This document shows, piece by piece, positions 42,148 to 61,209 of a stretch of 64,000 bases of DNA. How positions within the stretch are numbered: position 1 is the first letter of the stretch; every line of letters starts with the position of its first letter. This stretch comes from Eledone cirrhosa (taxonomy: Eukaryota), in contig OZ024742.1 in the NCBI GenBank assembly GCA_964016885.1, forward strand, positions 345,526,001 to 345,590,000. The letters are read 5' to 3'. Below the pieces are notes generated by a model. The model was not told where the DNA came from and did not search any database. It saw only the letters and a list, made by a program, of their open reading frames with translations. Both the position numbers and the translations under genes were made by a program.

Positions 42148-42509
42148 GTATTTCCCCGGTATTGGCGCGGGGTACGTTCCTAGAGCACCCGTGGAGAGTG
42201 AAAAACTGCGAATGTGGGACGTGGTACATATAAATTCCTATTAACGTCAAAATATAGCGTAAAAAATAATAGAAAAAAGAGGGAATGTGTTATGCGAAGG
42301 GGCGTCCAATAGGCCGGCAAATACGATATATTGTTATTAATTATTTAACGTTAAAATATGTAAATATTGTTACAAAAATTACCATAATAAAAGTCGTGGA
42401 AGATATTTAAAATTCCGCGGATATGCGGTGGTTTCCACGAAAACTTATTAATTAGGTTCTAAGGAAAATTTAGCGAATAACCGGGACCGCGAATGCCGAG
42501 GGCACACTG
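42146..42509. mobile_element. Tigger/pogo-like MITE
   Basis: TA-flanked degenerate TIRs ccgtatttccccggtattggcgcgg / ccgcgaatgccgagggcacactg. Confidence 0.55.
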
Positions 42510-42549
42510 TATGCGCACATTTGTGTATGTGTGTTATTTTTTTAATAAT

Positions 42550-43410
42550 GTGGTGGACTGGTAGAAACTGTAGAACATTAGACATGTTTTACCGCCTATA
42601 GTTACCACCGTTTATGTTCTGAGTTCAAATCCCGCCGAGGTTAACTTTGCATTTAATCCTGACAGCGTCGATAAAATAAAGTACCAGTAATACATTGGAT
42701 CCATTTAATCGACTTTTGCTTTAAATTGCTGGGCTTGTGCCAAAACAAAAACAATTATTATTATTATACTTTATTAAGGGCGGTGGATTGGCAGTATCTG
42801 TAGAGGGTCGGACGCCATGCTTTGCGGCATAGTGTCACGGCCCTTTACGGTCTGAGTTCAAATCCCACCGAGGTTAACTTTGCCTTTCATCCTCATAGGG
42901 TCGATAAAATAAAGCACCAGTAACGTACTGGGGTCAATTTAATCGACTTTCCCCAAATTACTGGCCTTGTGCCTATAGTAGAAATCATTGTTAAAACTTT
43001 ATTGTTCACGAGAACAGACGCCTCTCATAGAGTAGTGGCAAGGGAATAAATTACAGAACGATTAATTTGTGAAGGAAATGAAACATAAGTTTTATACTTT
43101 TCTTTCCTATTTCTCATTTTGGAATTTTGACAAGGATTTTCAAAATAATACGGAATTCACTCCAATTCCCCGGAGTAGATAAAAAGCTATACTTTGATAA
43201 TTTTTATTATTATTATGCGGTGGATTGGCAGTATCGGTAGAGGGTCGGATACCATGCTTTGACGCATAGAGTTACGGCCCTTGCCATTCTAATTTCAAAT
43301 CCAGCCGAGGTTAACTTTGCCTTTCATCCTTACGGGGTCGATAAAATAAAGTACCAGTAATGCACTGGAATAATTGCTGGCCTTGTGCCAAAAGTAGAAA
43401 CAATTATTAT
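42550..43410 (+). mobile_element. Three SINE copies (42550-42760, 42778-42992, 43217-43410)
   Basis: Family consensus three times. Confidence 0.85.
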
Positions 43411-44211
43411 TTAACCGTATACATCTCTGCTATAGGCCATTTGTAATATTTCCTCTTGTTGCAAGATGGCCGCTCTACCTCAGAGATAAGAGGAAATGGT
43501 GGTTGCTACAGTGATTTTATCAGGTTTTAGCCTTAATAATGTAAACAAACACGTCACCCAATTATTTTGAACCAGGAAAACGAACTTAAAATAAACAGAC
43601 AATGTAAAAATCTTACAGACAGACTGCTTCAAGCATAAACACTTGGAGTTGCAACTACGGAAAACAGAAACATTAAAACTAATAATGCTGAAAACATTAG
43701 TTCGAAACATAAATTGTATAAAAACAACGACAATGCCAGAAACATTGTGGCATTATTTGCTCCAATGTAAAAGGTACTAGTCTAAAAAAGAAAACATTTT
43801 AAAGCTGGTTTTTAAAAATGTTGCAAGATTGGAGGTAGAATGTATTGTTAGGGACCTTCAACCATATCTGATGGCAATGACGAGGAGATCGTATAATGGT
43901 CGAGGTTAAAAGATTTGAAAACACTGCTTTTTCCTATCAGATATAACAGTCATTAGATTGTTTATGTATCATTTGAGGAGGAAGATGGAAATAATCACTA
44001 ATAGATTTGATGAAAGGTGGATGGGTTTTCGCTAATTATGGCGCTGTAAGCTGGTGGCAAGAACTAAGAGAAACCACAATATGGGACTATATAGGTGAGG
44101 TGACTTTCCTGAACAACCCCATGAGATTATCCCATACCTACAAATTGGGGATTTCTTTTTTAATTCTTTCAATGTTCTGTGCTGATAATACTATTTTTGC
44201 TGCCGTATTTG

Positions 44212-44280
44212 ATGGTACATATCACCACCGAACATGGTACATATCACCACCGGACATGGTACATATCACCACCGGTCATG
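44212..44280 (+). repeat. ~22-bp tandem repeat x3 (atggtacatatcaccaccggac)
   Basis: Directly visible. Confidence 0.85.
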
Positions 44281-44312
44281 TAACAGACCAGCCTGGAATT
44301 TTAGGAATAACA

Positions 44313-44460
44313 TGATTGTTTCTACTTTTGGCACAAGGCCAGCAATTATTCACGTGTATACTTTATTTTATCGACTCCGTAAGGGGTAAAGGTAAAGGGC
44401 TGTAACTCTTTGCTGCAAAGCATGGCGCCAGACTCTCTACCGATACTGCTCAACCAACGC
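44313..44460 (-). mobile_element. SINE, internally deleted
   Basis: Reverse complement of family consensus. Confidence 0.7.
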
Positions 44461-44596
44461 CATTAAGAAAAACACAATATTAGCCAACCAGATACGTCAA
44501 TCTTGTCTATATAACCAGAGAAATAATGTTTAGCTATACAGTATATATTCATCAATGCCTTTCATTCTTATTGTTCTCACGTGTACTGCTTCTGGT

Positions 44597-47500
44597 ACAA
44601 TATGTATTGTCACTCTCACAATATATATTGTCACTCTCACAATATATATTGTCACTCTCACGTGTACTGCTACTGGTACAATATGTATTGTCATTGTTAA
44701 ATCTTATACTCATGATATTAATATTTATTCTTATTATTGTCACTCTCACAATATATATTGTTTCTCACAATATATATTGTTACTTTCACAATATATATTG
44801 TCACACTCACAATATATATTGTTACTCTCACAATACATATTGTCACTCTCACACTATGTATTGTCACTCTCACAATATATATTGTCACTCTCACAATATA
44901 TATTGTTACTCACACAATATATATTGTCACTCTCACAATATATATTGTCACACTCACAATATATATTGTCACTCTCACAATATATATTGTCACTCTCACA
45001 ATATATCTTGTCACTCTCACAATATATATTGTCACTCTCACAATATATGTTGTCACTCTCACAATATATATTGTCACTCTCACACTATATATTGTCACCC
45101 TCACAATAAATATTGTCACTCTCACAATATATATTGTCACTCTCACAATATATATTGTTACTCTCACAATATATTTTGTTACTCACACAATATATGTTGT
45201 CACTCTCACAATATATATTGTCACTCTCACAATATATATTGTGAGAGTGACAATATATATTGTTACTCTCACAATATATATTGTCACTCTCACAATATAT
45301 ATTGTCACTCTCACAATATATATTGTCACTCTCAAAATATATTTTGTCACTCTCACAATATATATTGTCACTCTCACAATATATATTGTCACTCTCACAA
45401 TATATGTTGTCAATCTCACAATATATATTGTCACTCTCACAATATATATTGTCACTCTTACAATATATATTGTCACTCTCACACTATATATTGTCACTCT
45501 CACAATATATATTGTCACTCTCACAATATATATTGTTACTCCCACAATATATATTGTCACTCTCACAATATATATTGTCACTCTCACAATATATATTGTA
45601 AATCTCACAATATATATTGTTAGTCTCACAATATATAGTGTCACTCTCACAATGTATATTGTTACTCTCACAATATATATTGTCACTCTCACAATATATA
45701 TTGTCACTCTCACAATATATATTGTCACTCTCACAATATATATTGTCATTCTCACAATATATATTGTCACTCTCACAATATATATTGTCACTCTCACAAT
45801 ATATATTGTCACTCTCACAATATATATTGTCACTCTCACAATATATGTTGTCACTCTCACAATATATATTGTCACTCTCACAATATATGTTGTCACTCTC
45901 ACAATATATATTGTCACTCTCACACTATATATTGTCACCCTCACAATAAATATTGTCACTCTCACAATATATATTGTCACTCTCACAATATATATTGTTA
46001 CTCTCACAATATATTTTGTTACTCACACAATATATGTTGTCACTCTCACAATATATATTGTCACTCTCACAATATATATTGTCACTCTCACAATATATAT
46101 TGTTACTCTCACAATATATATTGTCACTCTCACAATATATATTGTCACTCTCACAATATATATTGTCACTCTCAAAATATATTTTGTCACTCTCACAATA
46201 TATATTGTCACTCTCAAAATATATATTGTCACTCTCACAATATATGTTGTCACTCTCACAATATATATTGTCACTCTCACACTATATATTGTCACCCTCA
46301 CAATATATATTGTTACTCTCACAATATATATTCTCACACTCACAATATATATTGTCACTCTCACAATATATGTTGTCACTCTCACAATATATATTGTCAC
46401 TCTCACAATATATATTGTCACTCTCACACTATATATTGTCACCCTCACAATATATATTGTTACTCTCAAAATATATATTGTTACTCTCACAATATATGTT
46501 GTTACTCTCACAATATATATTGTTACTCTCACAATATATATTGTCACTGTCACAATATATATTGTTACTCTCACAATATGTATTGTCACTCTCACAGTAT
46601 ATATTGTCACTCTCACAATATATGTTGTTACTCTCACAATATATATTGTCACTCTCACAATATATATTGTCACTCTCACAATATATATTGTCAGTCTCAC
46701 AATAAATATTGTCACTCTCACAATATATATTGTAACTATCACACTATATATTTTCACTCTCACACTATATATTGTCACTCTCACAATATATATTGTCACT
46801 CTCACACTATATATTGTTACTCTCACACTATGTATTGTTACTCTCACAATATATTTTGTCACTCTCACAATATATATTGTTACTCACACAATATATATTG
46901 TCACTCTCACACTATATATTGTCACTCTCACAATATATATTGTTACTCTCACAATATATATTGTCACTCTCACAATATATATTGTCACTCTCACAATATA
47001 TATTGTAAATCTCACAATATATATTGTTAGTCTCACAATATATAGTGTCACTCTCACAATATATATTGTTACTCTCACAATATATATTGTTACTCTCACA
47101 ATATATATTGTCACTCTCACAATATATATTGTCACTCTCACAATATATATTGTCACTCTCACAATATATATTGTTACTCTCACAATATATATTGTCACTC
47201 TCACAATATATATTGTCACTCTCACAATATATATTGTCACTCTCACAATATATATTGTCACTCTCACAATATATGTTGTCAGTCTCACAATATATATTGT
47301 CACTCTCACAATATATGTTGTCACTCTCACAATATATATTGTCACTCTCACACTATATATTGTCACCCTCACAATAAATATTGTCACTCTCACAATATAT
47401 ATTGTCACTCTCACAATATATATTGTTACTCTCACAATATATTTTGTTACTCACACAATATATGTTGTCACTCTCACAATATATATTGTCACTCTCACAA

Positions 47501-49432
47501 TATATATTGTCACTCTCACAATATATATTGTTAATCTCACAATATATATTGTCACTCTCACAATATATATTGTCACTCTCACAATATATTTTGTCACTCT
47601 CACAATATATATTGTCACTCTCACAATATATATTGTCACTCTCACAATATATATTGTCACTCTCACAATATATATTGTCACTCTCACACTATATATTGTC
47701 ACCCTCACAATATATATTGTTACTCTCACAATATATATTCTCACACTCACTATATATATTGTCACTCTCACAATATATGTTGTCACTCTCACAATATATA
47801 TTGTCACTCTCAAAATATATATTGTCACTCTCACACTATATATTGTCACCCTCACAATATATATTGTTACTCTCACAATATATATTGTTACTCTCACAAT
47901 ATATGTTGTTACTCTCACAATATATATTGTTACTCTCACAATATATATTGTCACTCTCACAATATATATTGTTACTCTCACAATATGTATTGTCACTCTC
48001 ACAATATATATTGTCACTCTCACAATATATGTTGTTACTCTCACAATATATATTGTCACTCTCACAATATATATTGTCACTCTCACAATATATATTGTCA
48101 GTCTCACAATAAATATTGTCACTCTCACAATATATATTGTAACTATCACACTATATATTTTCACTCTCACACTATATATTGTCACTCTCACAATATATAT
48201 TGTCACTCTCACACTATATATTGTTACTCTCACACTATGTATTGTTACTCTCACAATATATTTTGTCACTCTCACAATATATATTGTTACTCACACAATA
48301 TATATTGTCACTCTCACACTATATATTGTCACTCTCACAATATATATTGTTACTCTCACAATATATATTGTCACTCTCACAATATATATTGTCACTCTCA
48401 CAATATATATTGTAAATCTCACAATATATATTGTTAGTCTCTCAATATATAGTGTCACTCTCACAATATATATTGTTACTCTCACAATATATATTGTTAC
48501 TCTCACAATATATATTGTCACTCTCACAATATATATTGTCACTCTCACAATATATATTGTCACTCTCACAATATATATTGTCACTCTCACAATATATATT
48601 GTTACTCTCACAATATATATTGTCACTCTCACAATATATATTGTCACTCTCACAATATATATTGTCACTCTCACAATATATATTGTCACTCTCACACTAT
48701 ATATTGTCCCCCTCACAATAAATATTGTCACTCTCAATATATATTGTCACTTTCACAATATATATTGTTACTCTCACAATGTATATTGTTACTCACACAA
48801 TATATATTGTCACTCTCACACTATATATTGTCACTCTCACAATATATATTGTGACTCTCACAATATATATTGTCACTCTCACAATATATATTGTTACTCT
48901 CACACTATATATTGCTACTGTCACACTATATATTGTTACTCTCACAATATATATTGTCTCTCTCACAATATATATTGTCACGCTCACAATATATATTGTC
49001 ACTCTCACAATATATATTGTCACTCTCACAATATATATTGTCACCCTCACAATATATATTGTCACTCTCACAATATATATTGTCACTCTCACACTATATA
49101 TTGTCACCCTCACAATATATATTGTTACTCTCACAATATATGTTGTTACTCTCACAATATATGTTGTTACTCTCACAATATGTATTGTCACTCTCACAAT
49201 ATATATTGTCACTCTCACAATATATGTTGTTACTCTCACAATATATAGTGACACTCTCACAATATATATTGTCACTCTCACAATATATATTGTCAGTCTC
49301 ACAATATATATTGTCACTCTCACAATATATGTTGTCACTCTCACAATATATATTGTCACTCTCACAATATATATTGTCACTCTCACAATATATATTGTCA
49401 CTCTCACAATAGATATTGTCACTCTCACACTA
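44597..49432 (+). repeat. 21-bp satellite (cacaatatatattgtcactct)n
   Basis: Directly visible; each unit contains the palindrome ACAATATATATTGT. Confidence 0.97.
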
Positions 49433-49434
49433 TA

Positions 49435-49535
49435 AAGTGTCTTGCTGAAGGACATACCGCATCACCCGGTCTCAGATTTGAACTCGCAACCTCACGCTTG
49501 CGAATCCAACTACGCAACCACTGAGCCACGCGCCG
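49435..49535 (-). mobile_element. tRNA-SINE 5' head fragment
   Basis: Minus strand ggcgcgtggctcagtggtt..gagttcaaatct (A and B boxes). Confidence 0.7.
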
Positions 49536-49884
49536 TCACAAGTTATACTCGATTGCTAGTAGCGACTATAGTACTTTATGTTGTAAGAAGTTTGTATGTC
49601 TCAGAGGGAAGACATGGAGGAATATGATATAAAGATTGTGTTTTTGAAGATAATAACACCAAAGCTAAAATGATAAGCTAATTGTGTTATAACTATCACA
49701 CATCAATATTTCGCATGTTGCTATTTAAGGCGTGAATCACAGCAATATTCATGTTTGCAGCTGATGGAGAAAAATGAAGGCATTAAATGTGTGTTTAGGG
49801 TATAATTGAAACAGTTTGTAAGCAAATAGCCGGATATAGTAGAAGGTATTATTCAAGTAAAATCATTTGTAGCATAAAAGTATT

Positions 49885-52800
49885 GGACAACACACATGAC
49901 ATACAACACACACCACATACAACATACCACATACAACACACCACATACAACATACCACATACAAGACACCACATACAACATAACACATACAACACACCAC
50001 ATACAACATACCACATACAACACACACCACATACAACATACCACATACAACATACCACATACAACACACCACATACAAAATAACACATACCACACACCAC
50101 ATACAACATAACACATACAACACACACCACATACAACACACACAACATACAACACACCACATACAACACACCACATACAACACACCACATACAACATACC
50201 ACATACAACACACCACATACAACATACCACATACAACACACACCACATACAACACACCACATACAACATAACACATACAACACACTCCACATACAACACA
50301 CCACATACAACATAACACATACAACAGACACCACATACAACATAACACATACAACACACCACATACAACATAACACATACAACACACCACATACAACACA
50401 CACCACATACAACATACCACATACAACATACCACATACAACATACACCACATACAACACACCACATACAACATACCACATACAACATACACCACATACAA
50501 CACACAACATACAACATACCACATACAACACACCACATACAACACACACCACATACAACATACACCACATACAACACACACCACATACAACACACCACAT
50601 ACAACACACACAACATACAACACACACCACATACAACATACCACATACAACACACACCACATACAACATACCACATACAACACACACCACATACAACATA
50701 CCACATACAACATACCACATACAACACACACCACATACAACACACCACATACAACATACCATATACAATACACCACATACAACATACCACATACAACACA
50801 CACCACATACAACACACCACATACAACACACCACATACAACATACCACATACAAGACACCACATACAACATACCACATACAACACACCACATACAACATA
50901 CCATATACAATACACCACATACAACACACCACATACAACACACACAACATACAACATACAACACACACCACATACAACGTACCAGATACAACACACCACA
51001 TACAACACACCACATACAACACACCACATACAACATACCATATACAATACACCACATACAACATACCACATACAACACACCACATACAATACACCTCATA
51101 CAACACACCACATACAACATACCATATACAACACACCACTTACAACATACCGCATACAACACACCACATACAACTTACCACATACAACATACCACATACA
51201 ACACACACAACATACAACACACACCACATACAATATACCACATACAACACACCACATACAACACACCACATACAACACACCACATACAACATACCACATA
51301 CAACACACCACATACAACACACCACATACAACACACCACTTACAACATACCGCATACAACACACCACATACAACTTACCACATACAACATATCACATACA
51401 ACACACACCACATACAACATGACACATACAACACACACTGCATACAACATACCACATACAACACACCACATACAACACACCATATACAACACACCACATA
51501 CAATACACCACATACAACATACCACATACAACATACCACTTACAACATACCGCATACAACACACCACATACAACTTACCACATACAACATACCACATACA
51601 ACACACACCACATACAACACACACCACATACAACACACCACATACAACACACCACATACAACATACCACATACAACACACCACATACAACACACACCACA
51701 TACAACACATCACATACAACACACCACATACAACACACACGACATACAACACACCACATACAACACACCACATACAACATACCACATACAACACACCACA
51801 TACAACATATCACATACAACACACACCACATACAACACACACCACATACAACATACCACATACAACATACCACATACAACACACACCACATACAACATAC
51901 CACATACAACACACCACATACAACACACCACATACAACAAACCACATACAACACACACCACATACAACATACCACATACAACACACCACATACATCACAC
52001 CACATACAACATACCACATACAACACACCACATACAACATATCACATACAACACACACCACATAGAACACACCACATACGACATACCACATACAACACAC
52101 CATATACAACACACCACATACAATACACACCACATACAACACACACCACATACAACACACACCACATACAACACACACCACATACAACATACCATATACA
52201 ACACACCACATTCAACATACCACATACAACACACACCACATACAACTTACCACATACAACATACCACATACAACACACACCACATACAACATACCACATA
52301 CAACATACCACATACAAGACACCACATACAACACACCACATACAACATAACACATACAACACACACCACATACAACACACCACATACAACACACCACATA
52401 CAACACACACCACATACAACATACACCACATACAACACACCACATACAACATACCACATACAACATACCACATACAACACACACCACATACAACATACCA
52501 CATACAACATACCACATACAAGACACCACATACAACACACCACATACAACATAACACATACAACACACACCACATACAACACACCACATACAACACACCA
52601 CATACAACACACACCATATACAACATACACCACATACAACACACCACATACAACATACCACATACAATACACCACATACAACATACCACATACAACACAC
52701 ACCACATACATCACACCACATACAAGACACACTACATACAACACACACCACTTACAACACACCACATACAACATACCACATACAACACATCACATACAAC

Positions 52801-55800
52801 ATACCACATACAACACACCACATACAGCACACACCACATTCAGCACACCACATACAACATAACACATACAACATACACCACATACAACACACCACATACA
52901 ACACACCACATACAACATAACACATACAACACACACCACATACAACACACACCACATACAACACACAACATACAACACACCACATACAACATACCACATA
53001 CAACTCACACCACATACAACACACACCACATACAACACACCACATACAACACACCACATACAACACACCACATACAACACACCACATACAACACACAACA
53101 TACAACACACCACATACAACACACCACATACAACACACCACTTACAACATACCACATACAACATACCACATACAACACACCACATACAACATACCACATA
53201 CAACATACCATATACAATACACCACATACAACATACCGCATACAATACACCACATACAACATACCACATACAACACACCACATACAACATACCACATACA
53301 ACACACCACTTACAACACACCACATACAACATACCACATACAACACACCACATACAACATACCACATACAACACACCACATACAACAGACCACATACAAC
53401 ACACAACATACAACACACCACATACAACATACCACATACAACACACACCACATACAACATACCACATACAACATACCATATACAATACACCACATACAAC
53501 ACACCACATACATCACACCATATACAACACACAACATACAACACACCACATACATCACACCACATATAACATACCACATACAACACACCACATACATCAC
53601 ACCACATACAACATACCACATACAACACACCACATACAACATACCACATACAACATACCACATAGAACATAACACATACAACATACCACATGCAACACAC
53701 ACCACATACAACACACACCACATACAATACACCACATACAACACACCACACACAACACACCACCTACATCACACCACATACAACATACCACATACAACAC
53801 ACCACATACAACACACCACATACAACATACCACATACAACACACCCCATACAACACACCACATACAACATACCACATACAACACACCACATACAACACAC
53901 CACATACAATATACCACATACAACACACCACATACATCACACCACATACAACATACCACATACAATACACCACATACAACATACCACATACAACATACCA
54001 CATACAACACACCACATACAACACACCACACACAACAAACCACATACAACACACCACATACAACACACACCACATACAACATACCACATACAACACACCA
54101 CATACAACACACCACATACAACATACCACATACAACACACCACATACATCACACCACATACAACATACCACATACAACACACCACATACAACATACCACA
54201 TACAACATACCACATACAACACACACCACATACAACACACACCACATACAACACACCACATACAACATACCACATACAACATACCACATACAACACACCA
54301 CATACAACATACCACATACAACATACCACATACAACACACCACATACAACACACCACATACAACATAACACATACATCACACCACATACAACATACCACA
54401 TACAACATACCACATACAACACACACCACATACAACACACACCACATACAACACACCACATACAACATACCACATACAACATATCACATACAACACACCA
54501 AATACAACATACCACATACAACATACCACATACAACATACCACATACAACACACCACGTACAACACACCACATACAACATAACACATACATCACACCACA
54601 TACAACATACCACATACAACACACCACATACAACACACACCACATACAACACACACCACATACAACACACCACATACAACATACCACATACAAGACACAC
54701 CACATACAACACACCACATACAACATACCATATACAACACACCACATACAACACACCACATACAACACACACCACATACAACACACCACATACAACACAC
54801 ACCACATACAACATACCACATACAACAGACACCACATACAACATACACCACATACAACACACCACATACAACACACCACATACAACACACACCACATACA
54901 ACACACCACATACAACACACATCACATACAACATACCACATACAATACACCACATACAACATAGCACATACAACACACACCACATACAACATACCACACA
55001 CAACACACCACATACAACACACCACATACAACACACCACATACAACATACCACATACAACACACCACACACAACACACCACATACAACACACCACATACA
55101 ACATACCACATACAACACACCACATACAACACACACCACATACAACACACACCACATACAACACACCACATACAACATACCACATACAACATACCACATA
55201 CAACACACCACATACAACACACACCACATACAACACACCACATACAACATATCACATACAACACACACCACATACAACATACCATATACAACATACCACA
55301 TACATTATACACCACATACAACACACCACATACAACATACCACATACAACACACCACATACAACACACCACATACAACACACCACATACAACATATCACA
55401 TACAACACACACCACATACAACATACCGCATACAACACACCTCATACAACATACCACATACAAGACACCACATACAACACACCACATACAACATACGGCA
55501 TACAACACACCACATACAACACACCACATACAACACACCACATACAACACACCACACACAACACACCACATACAACACACCACATACAACATACCACATA
55601 CAACACACCACATACAACACACCACATACATCACACCACATACATCACACCACATACAACATAACACATACAACATACCACATACAACATACCACATACA
55701 ACACACCACATACAACACACCACATACAACACACCACATACAACACACACCACATACAACACACCACATACAACACACACCACATACAACATATCACATA

Positions 55801-58800
55801 CAACACACACCACATACAATATACCACATACAACACACACCACATACAACATACCACATACAACACACACCACACACAACACACCACATACAACACACCA
55901 TATACAACATACCACATACAACACACCACATACAACATACCACATACAACACACCACATACAACACATCACATACAACACACACCACATACAACATATCA
56001 CATACAACACACACCACATACAACATACCACACACAACACACCACATACAACATACCACATACAACACACCACATACAGCACACACCACATTCAACACAC
56101 CACATACAACATAACACATACAACATACACCACATACAACACACCACATACAACACACCACATACAACATAACACATACAACACACACCACCTACAACAC
56201 ACACCACATACAACACACACCACACACAACACACCACATACAACACACCATATACAACATACCACATACAACACACCACATACAACACACCACATACAAC
56301 ATACCACATACAACACACCACATACAACACAGCACATACAACACACACCACATACAACATATCACATACAACACACACCACATACAACATACCACACACA
56401 ACACACCACATACAACATACCACATACAACACACACCACATACAACATACCACATACAATACACCGTATACAACATAACACATACAACACACACCACATA
56501 CAACATACCACATACAACACACCATATACAACACACCACATACAATACACACCACATACAACACACACCACATACAACACACACCACATACAACATACCA
56601 TATACAACACACCACATACAACATACCACATACAACACACACCACATACAACTTACCACATACAACATACCACATACAACACACACCACATACAACATAC
56701 CACATACAACATACCACATACAAGACACCACATACAACACACCACATACAACATAACACATACAACACACACCACATACAACACACCACATACAACACAC
56801 CACATACAACACACCACATACAACACACACCACATACAACATACACCACATACAACACACCACATACAACATACCACATACAACATACCACATACAACAT
56901 ACCACATACATCACACCACATACAACATACCACATACAAGACACACCACATACAACACACACCACTTACAACACACCACATACAACATACCACATACAAC
57001 ACACCATATACAACATACCACATACAACACACCACATACAGCACCCACCACATTCAACACACCACATACAACATAACACATACAACATACACCACATACA
57101 ACACACCACATACAACACACCACATACAACATAACACATACAACACACACCACATACAACACACACCACATACAACACACAACATACAACACATCACATA
57201 CAACATACCACATACAACACACACCACATACAACATACCACATACAATACACCATATACAACATAACACATACAACACACACCACATACAACACACACCA
57301 CATACAACACACCACATACAACACACCACATACAACACACCACATACAACACACCACATACAACACACAACATACAACACACCACATACAAGACACCACA
57401 TACAACACACCACATACAACACACCACATACAACACACCACTTACAACATACCACATACAACATACCACATACAACACACCACATACAACATACCACATA
57501 CAACATACCATATACAGTACACCACATACAACATACCGCATACAACACACCACATACAACATACCACATACAACATACCACATACAACATACCACATACA
57601 ACACACCACATACAACACACCACATACAACATACCACATACAAGACACACCACATACAACACACCACATACAACACACACCACATACGACACACCACATA
57701 CAACACACACCACATACAACATACCACATACAACAGACACCACATACAACACACACCACATACAACACACCACATACAACACACCACATAGAACACACAC
57801 CACATACAACACACCACATACAACACACACCACATACAACATACCACATACAATACACCACATACAACATAACACATACAACACACACCACATACAACAT
57901 ACCGCACACAACACACCACATACAACACACCACATACAACACACCACATACAACATACCACATACAACACACCACATACAACACACACCACATACAACAC
58001 ACACCACATACAACACACCACATACAACATACCACATACAACATACCACATACAACACACCACATACAACACACACCACATACAACACACCACATACAAC
58101 ATATCACATACAACACACACCACATACAACATACCATATACAACATACCACATACATCATACACCACATACAACACACCACATACAACATACCACATACA
58201 ACACACCACATACAACACACCACATACAACACACCACATACAATACACCACATACAAGACACCACACACAACACACCACATACAACACACCACATACATC
58301 ACACGACATACATCACACCACATACAACATAACACATACAACATACCACATACAACATACCACATACAACACACCACATACAACACACCACATACAACAC
58401 ACCACGTACAACACACACCACATACAACACACCACATACAACACACACCACATACAACATATCACATACAACACACACCACATACAACATACCACATACA
58501 ACACACACCACATACAACACACACCACATACAACATACCACATACAACACACACCACACACAACACACCACATACAACACACCATATACAACATACCACA
58601 TACAACACACCACATACAACACACCACATACAACATACCACATACAACACACCACATACAACACAGCACATACAACACACACCACATACAACATATCACA
58701 TACAACACACACCACATACAACATACCACACACAACACACCACATACAACATACCACATACAACACACACCACATACCACATACCGCATACAACACACCA

Positions 58801-61160
58801 CATACAACATACCACATACAAGACACCACATACAACACACCACATACAACATACCACATACAACACACCACATACAACATACCACATACAACACACACCA
58901 CATACAACATACCACATACAACACACCACATACAACATACCACATACAATACACCACATACAACACACCACATACAACACACAACATACAACATACCACA
59001 TACAATACACCACATACAACACACCACATACAACATACCACATACGACATACCACATACAATACACCACATACAACACACCACATACAACATACCACATA
59101 CAACACACCACATACAACACACCACATACAACACACCACATACAACACACCACATACAACATACCACATACAACATACCACATACAATACACCACATACA
59201 ACATAACACATACAACACACACCACATACAACACACAACATACAACACACCACATACAACACACACCACATACAACATACCACATACAACATAACACATA
59301 CAACATACCACATACGACACACTACATACAACATACCACATACAACACACCACATACAACATACGACATACCACATACAACACACAACATACAACATACC
59401 ACATACAATACACCACATACAACACACCACATACAACATACCACATACGACATACCACATACAATACACCACATACAACACACCACATACAACATACCAC
59501 ATACAACACACCACATACAACACACCACATACAACACACCACATACAACACACCACATACAACATACCACATACAACATACCACATACAATACACTACAT
59601 ACAACATACCACATACAACATAACACATACAACATACCACATACAACACACCACATACAACATACCACATACAACACACCACATACAACATACGACATAC
59701 CACATACAACACACCACATACAACATACCACATACAACACACCACATACATCACACCACATACGACATACCACATACAACACGCCACATACAACACACCA
59801 CATACAACACACCACATACAACATACCACATACAACATAACACATACAACATATCACATACAACACACCACATACAACACACCACATACAACATACCACA
59901 TACATCACACCACACACAACACACCACATACATCACACCACATACAACACACCACATACATCACACCACATACAACATACCACATACAACACACACCACA
60001 TACAACACACCACATACAACATAACACATACAACATACCACATACAACACACCACATACAACACACACCACATACAACATACCACATACAACACACACCA
60101 CATACAACATACCACATACAAGACACACCACATACAACACACCACATACAACATAACACATACAACACACACCACATACAACCCACCACATACAACACAC
60201 CACATACAACAGACACCACATACAACATACCACATACAACACACAACATACAACACACACCACATACAACATACCACATACATCACACCACACACAACAC
60301 ACCACATACATCACACCACATACAACACACCACATACATCACACCACATACAACATAACACATACAACACACACCACATACAACACACAACATACAACAC
60401 ACCACATACATCACACCACATACAACACACCACATACATCACACCACATACAACATAACACATACAACACACACCACATACAACACACAACATACAACAC
60501 ACCACATACAACACACACCACATACAACACACACCACATACAACACACAACATACAACACACCACATACAACACACACCACATACAACAGACACCACATA
60601 CAACACACACCCCATACAACACACCACATACAACACACCACATACAACATACCACATACAACACACCACATACATCACACCACATACAACACACCACATA
60701 CAACACACACCACATACATCACACCACATACAACACACCACATACAACACACACCACATACAACACACACCACATACAACATACCACATACAACACACCA
60801 CATACAACACACACCACATACAACACACACCACATACAACACACACCGCATACAACACACCATATACAACACACCACATACAACACACACCGCATACAAC
60901 ACACCACATACAACACACAACATACAACACACACCACATACAACATACCACATACAACAGACACCACATACAACATACCACATACAACATACCACATACA
61001 ACACACCACATACAACACACACCACATACAACACACAACATACAACACACACCACATACAACATACCACATACAACACACACCACATACAACACACCATA
61101 TACAACACACACCACATACCACATACAACACACCACATAGAAAACACCACATACAAGACC
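49885..61160 (+). repeat. 14/16-bp CA-rich satellite (cacatacaacacac / cacatacaacatac / +ac)
   Basis: Directly visible, ~11.3 kb, very few G on the + strand. Confidence 0.97.
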
Positions 61161-61209
61161 CTCCACTCTATATATTATGTCTCACGATATTACATGATGC
61201 CATTACTAT

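Noticed and set aside
44030-44145. Minus-strand RYGIISWGC peptide (protease-like or LINE-like)
   Set aside because: Motif too short, the frame closes quickly and there is no supporting context
44597-49432. CRISPR-like array of palindromic repeats
   Set aside because: No unique spacers, no cas genes, eukaryotic context
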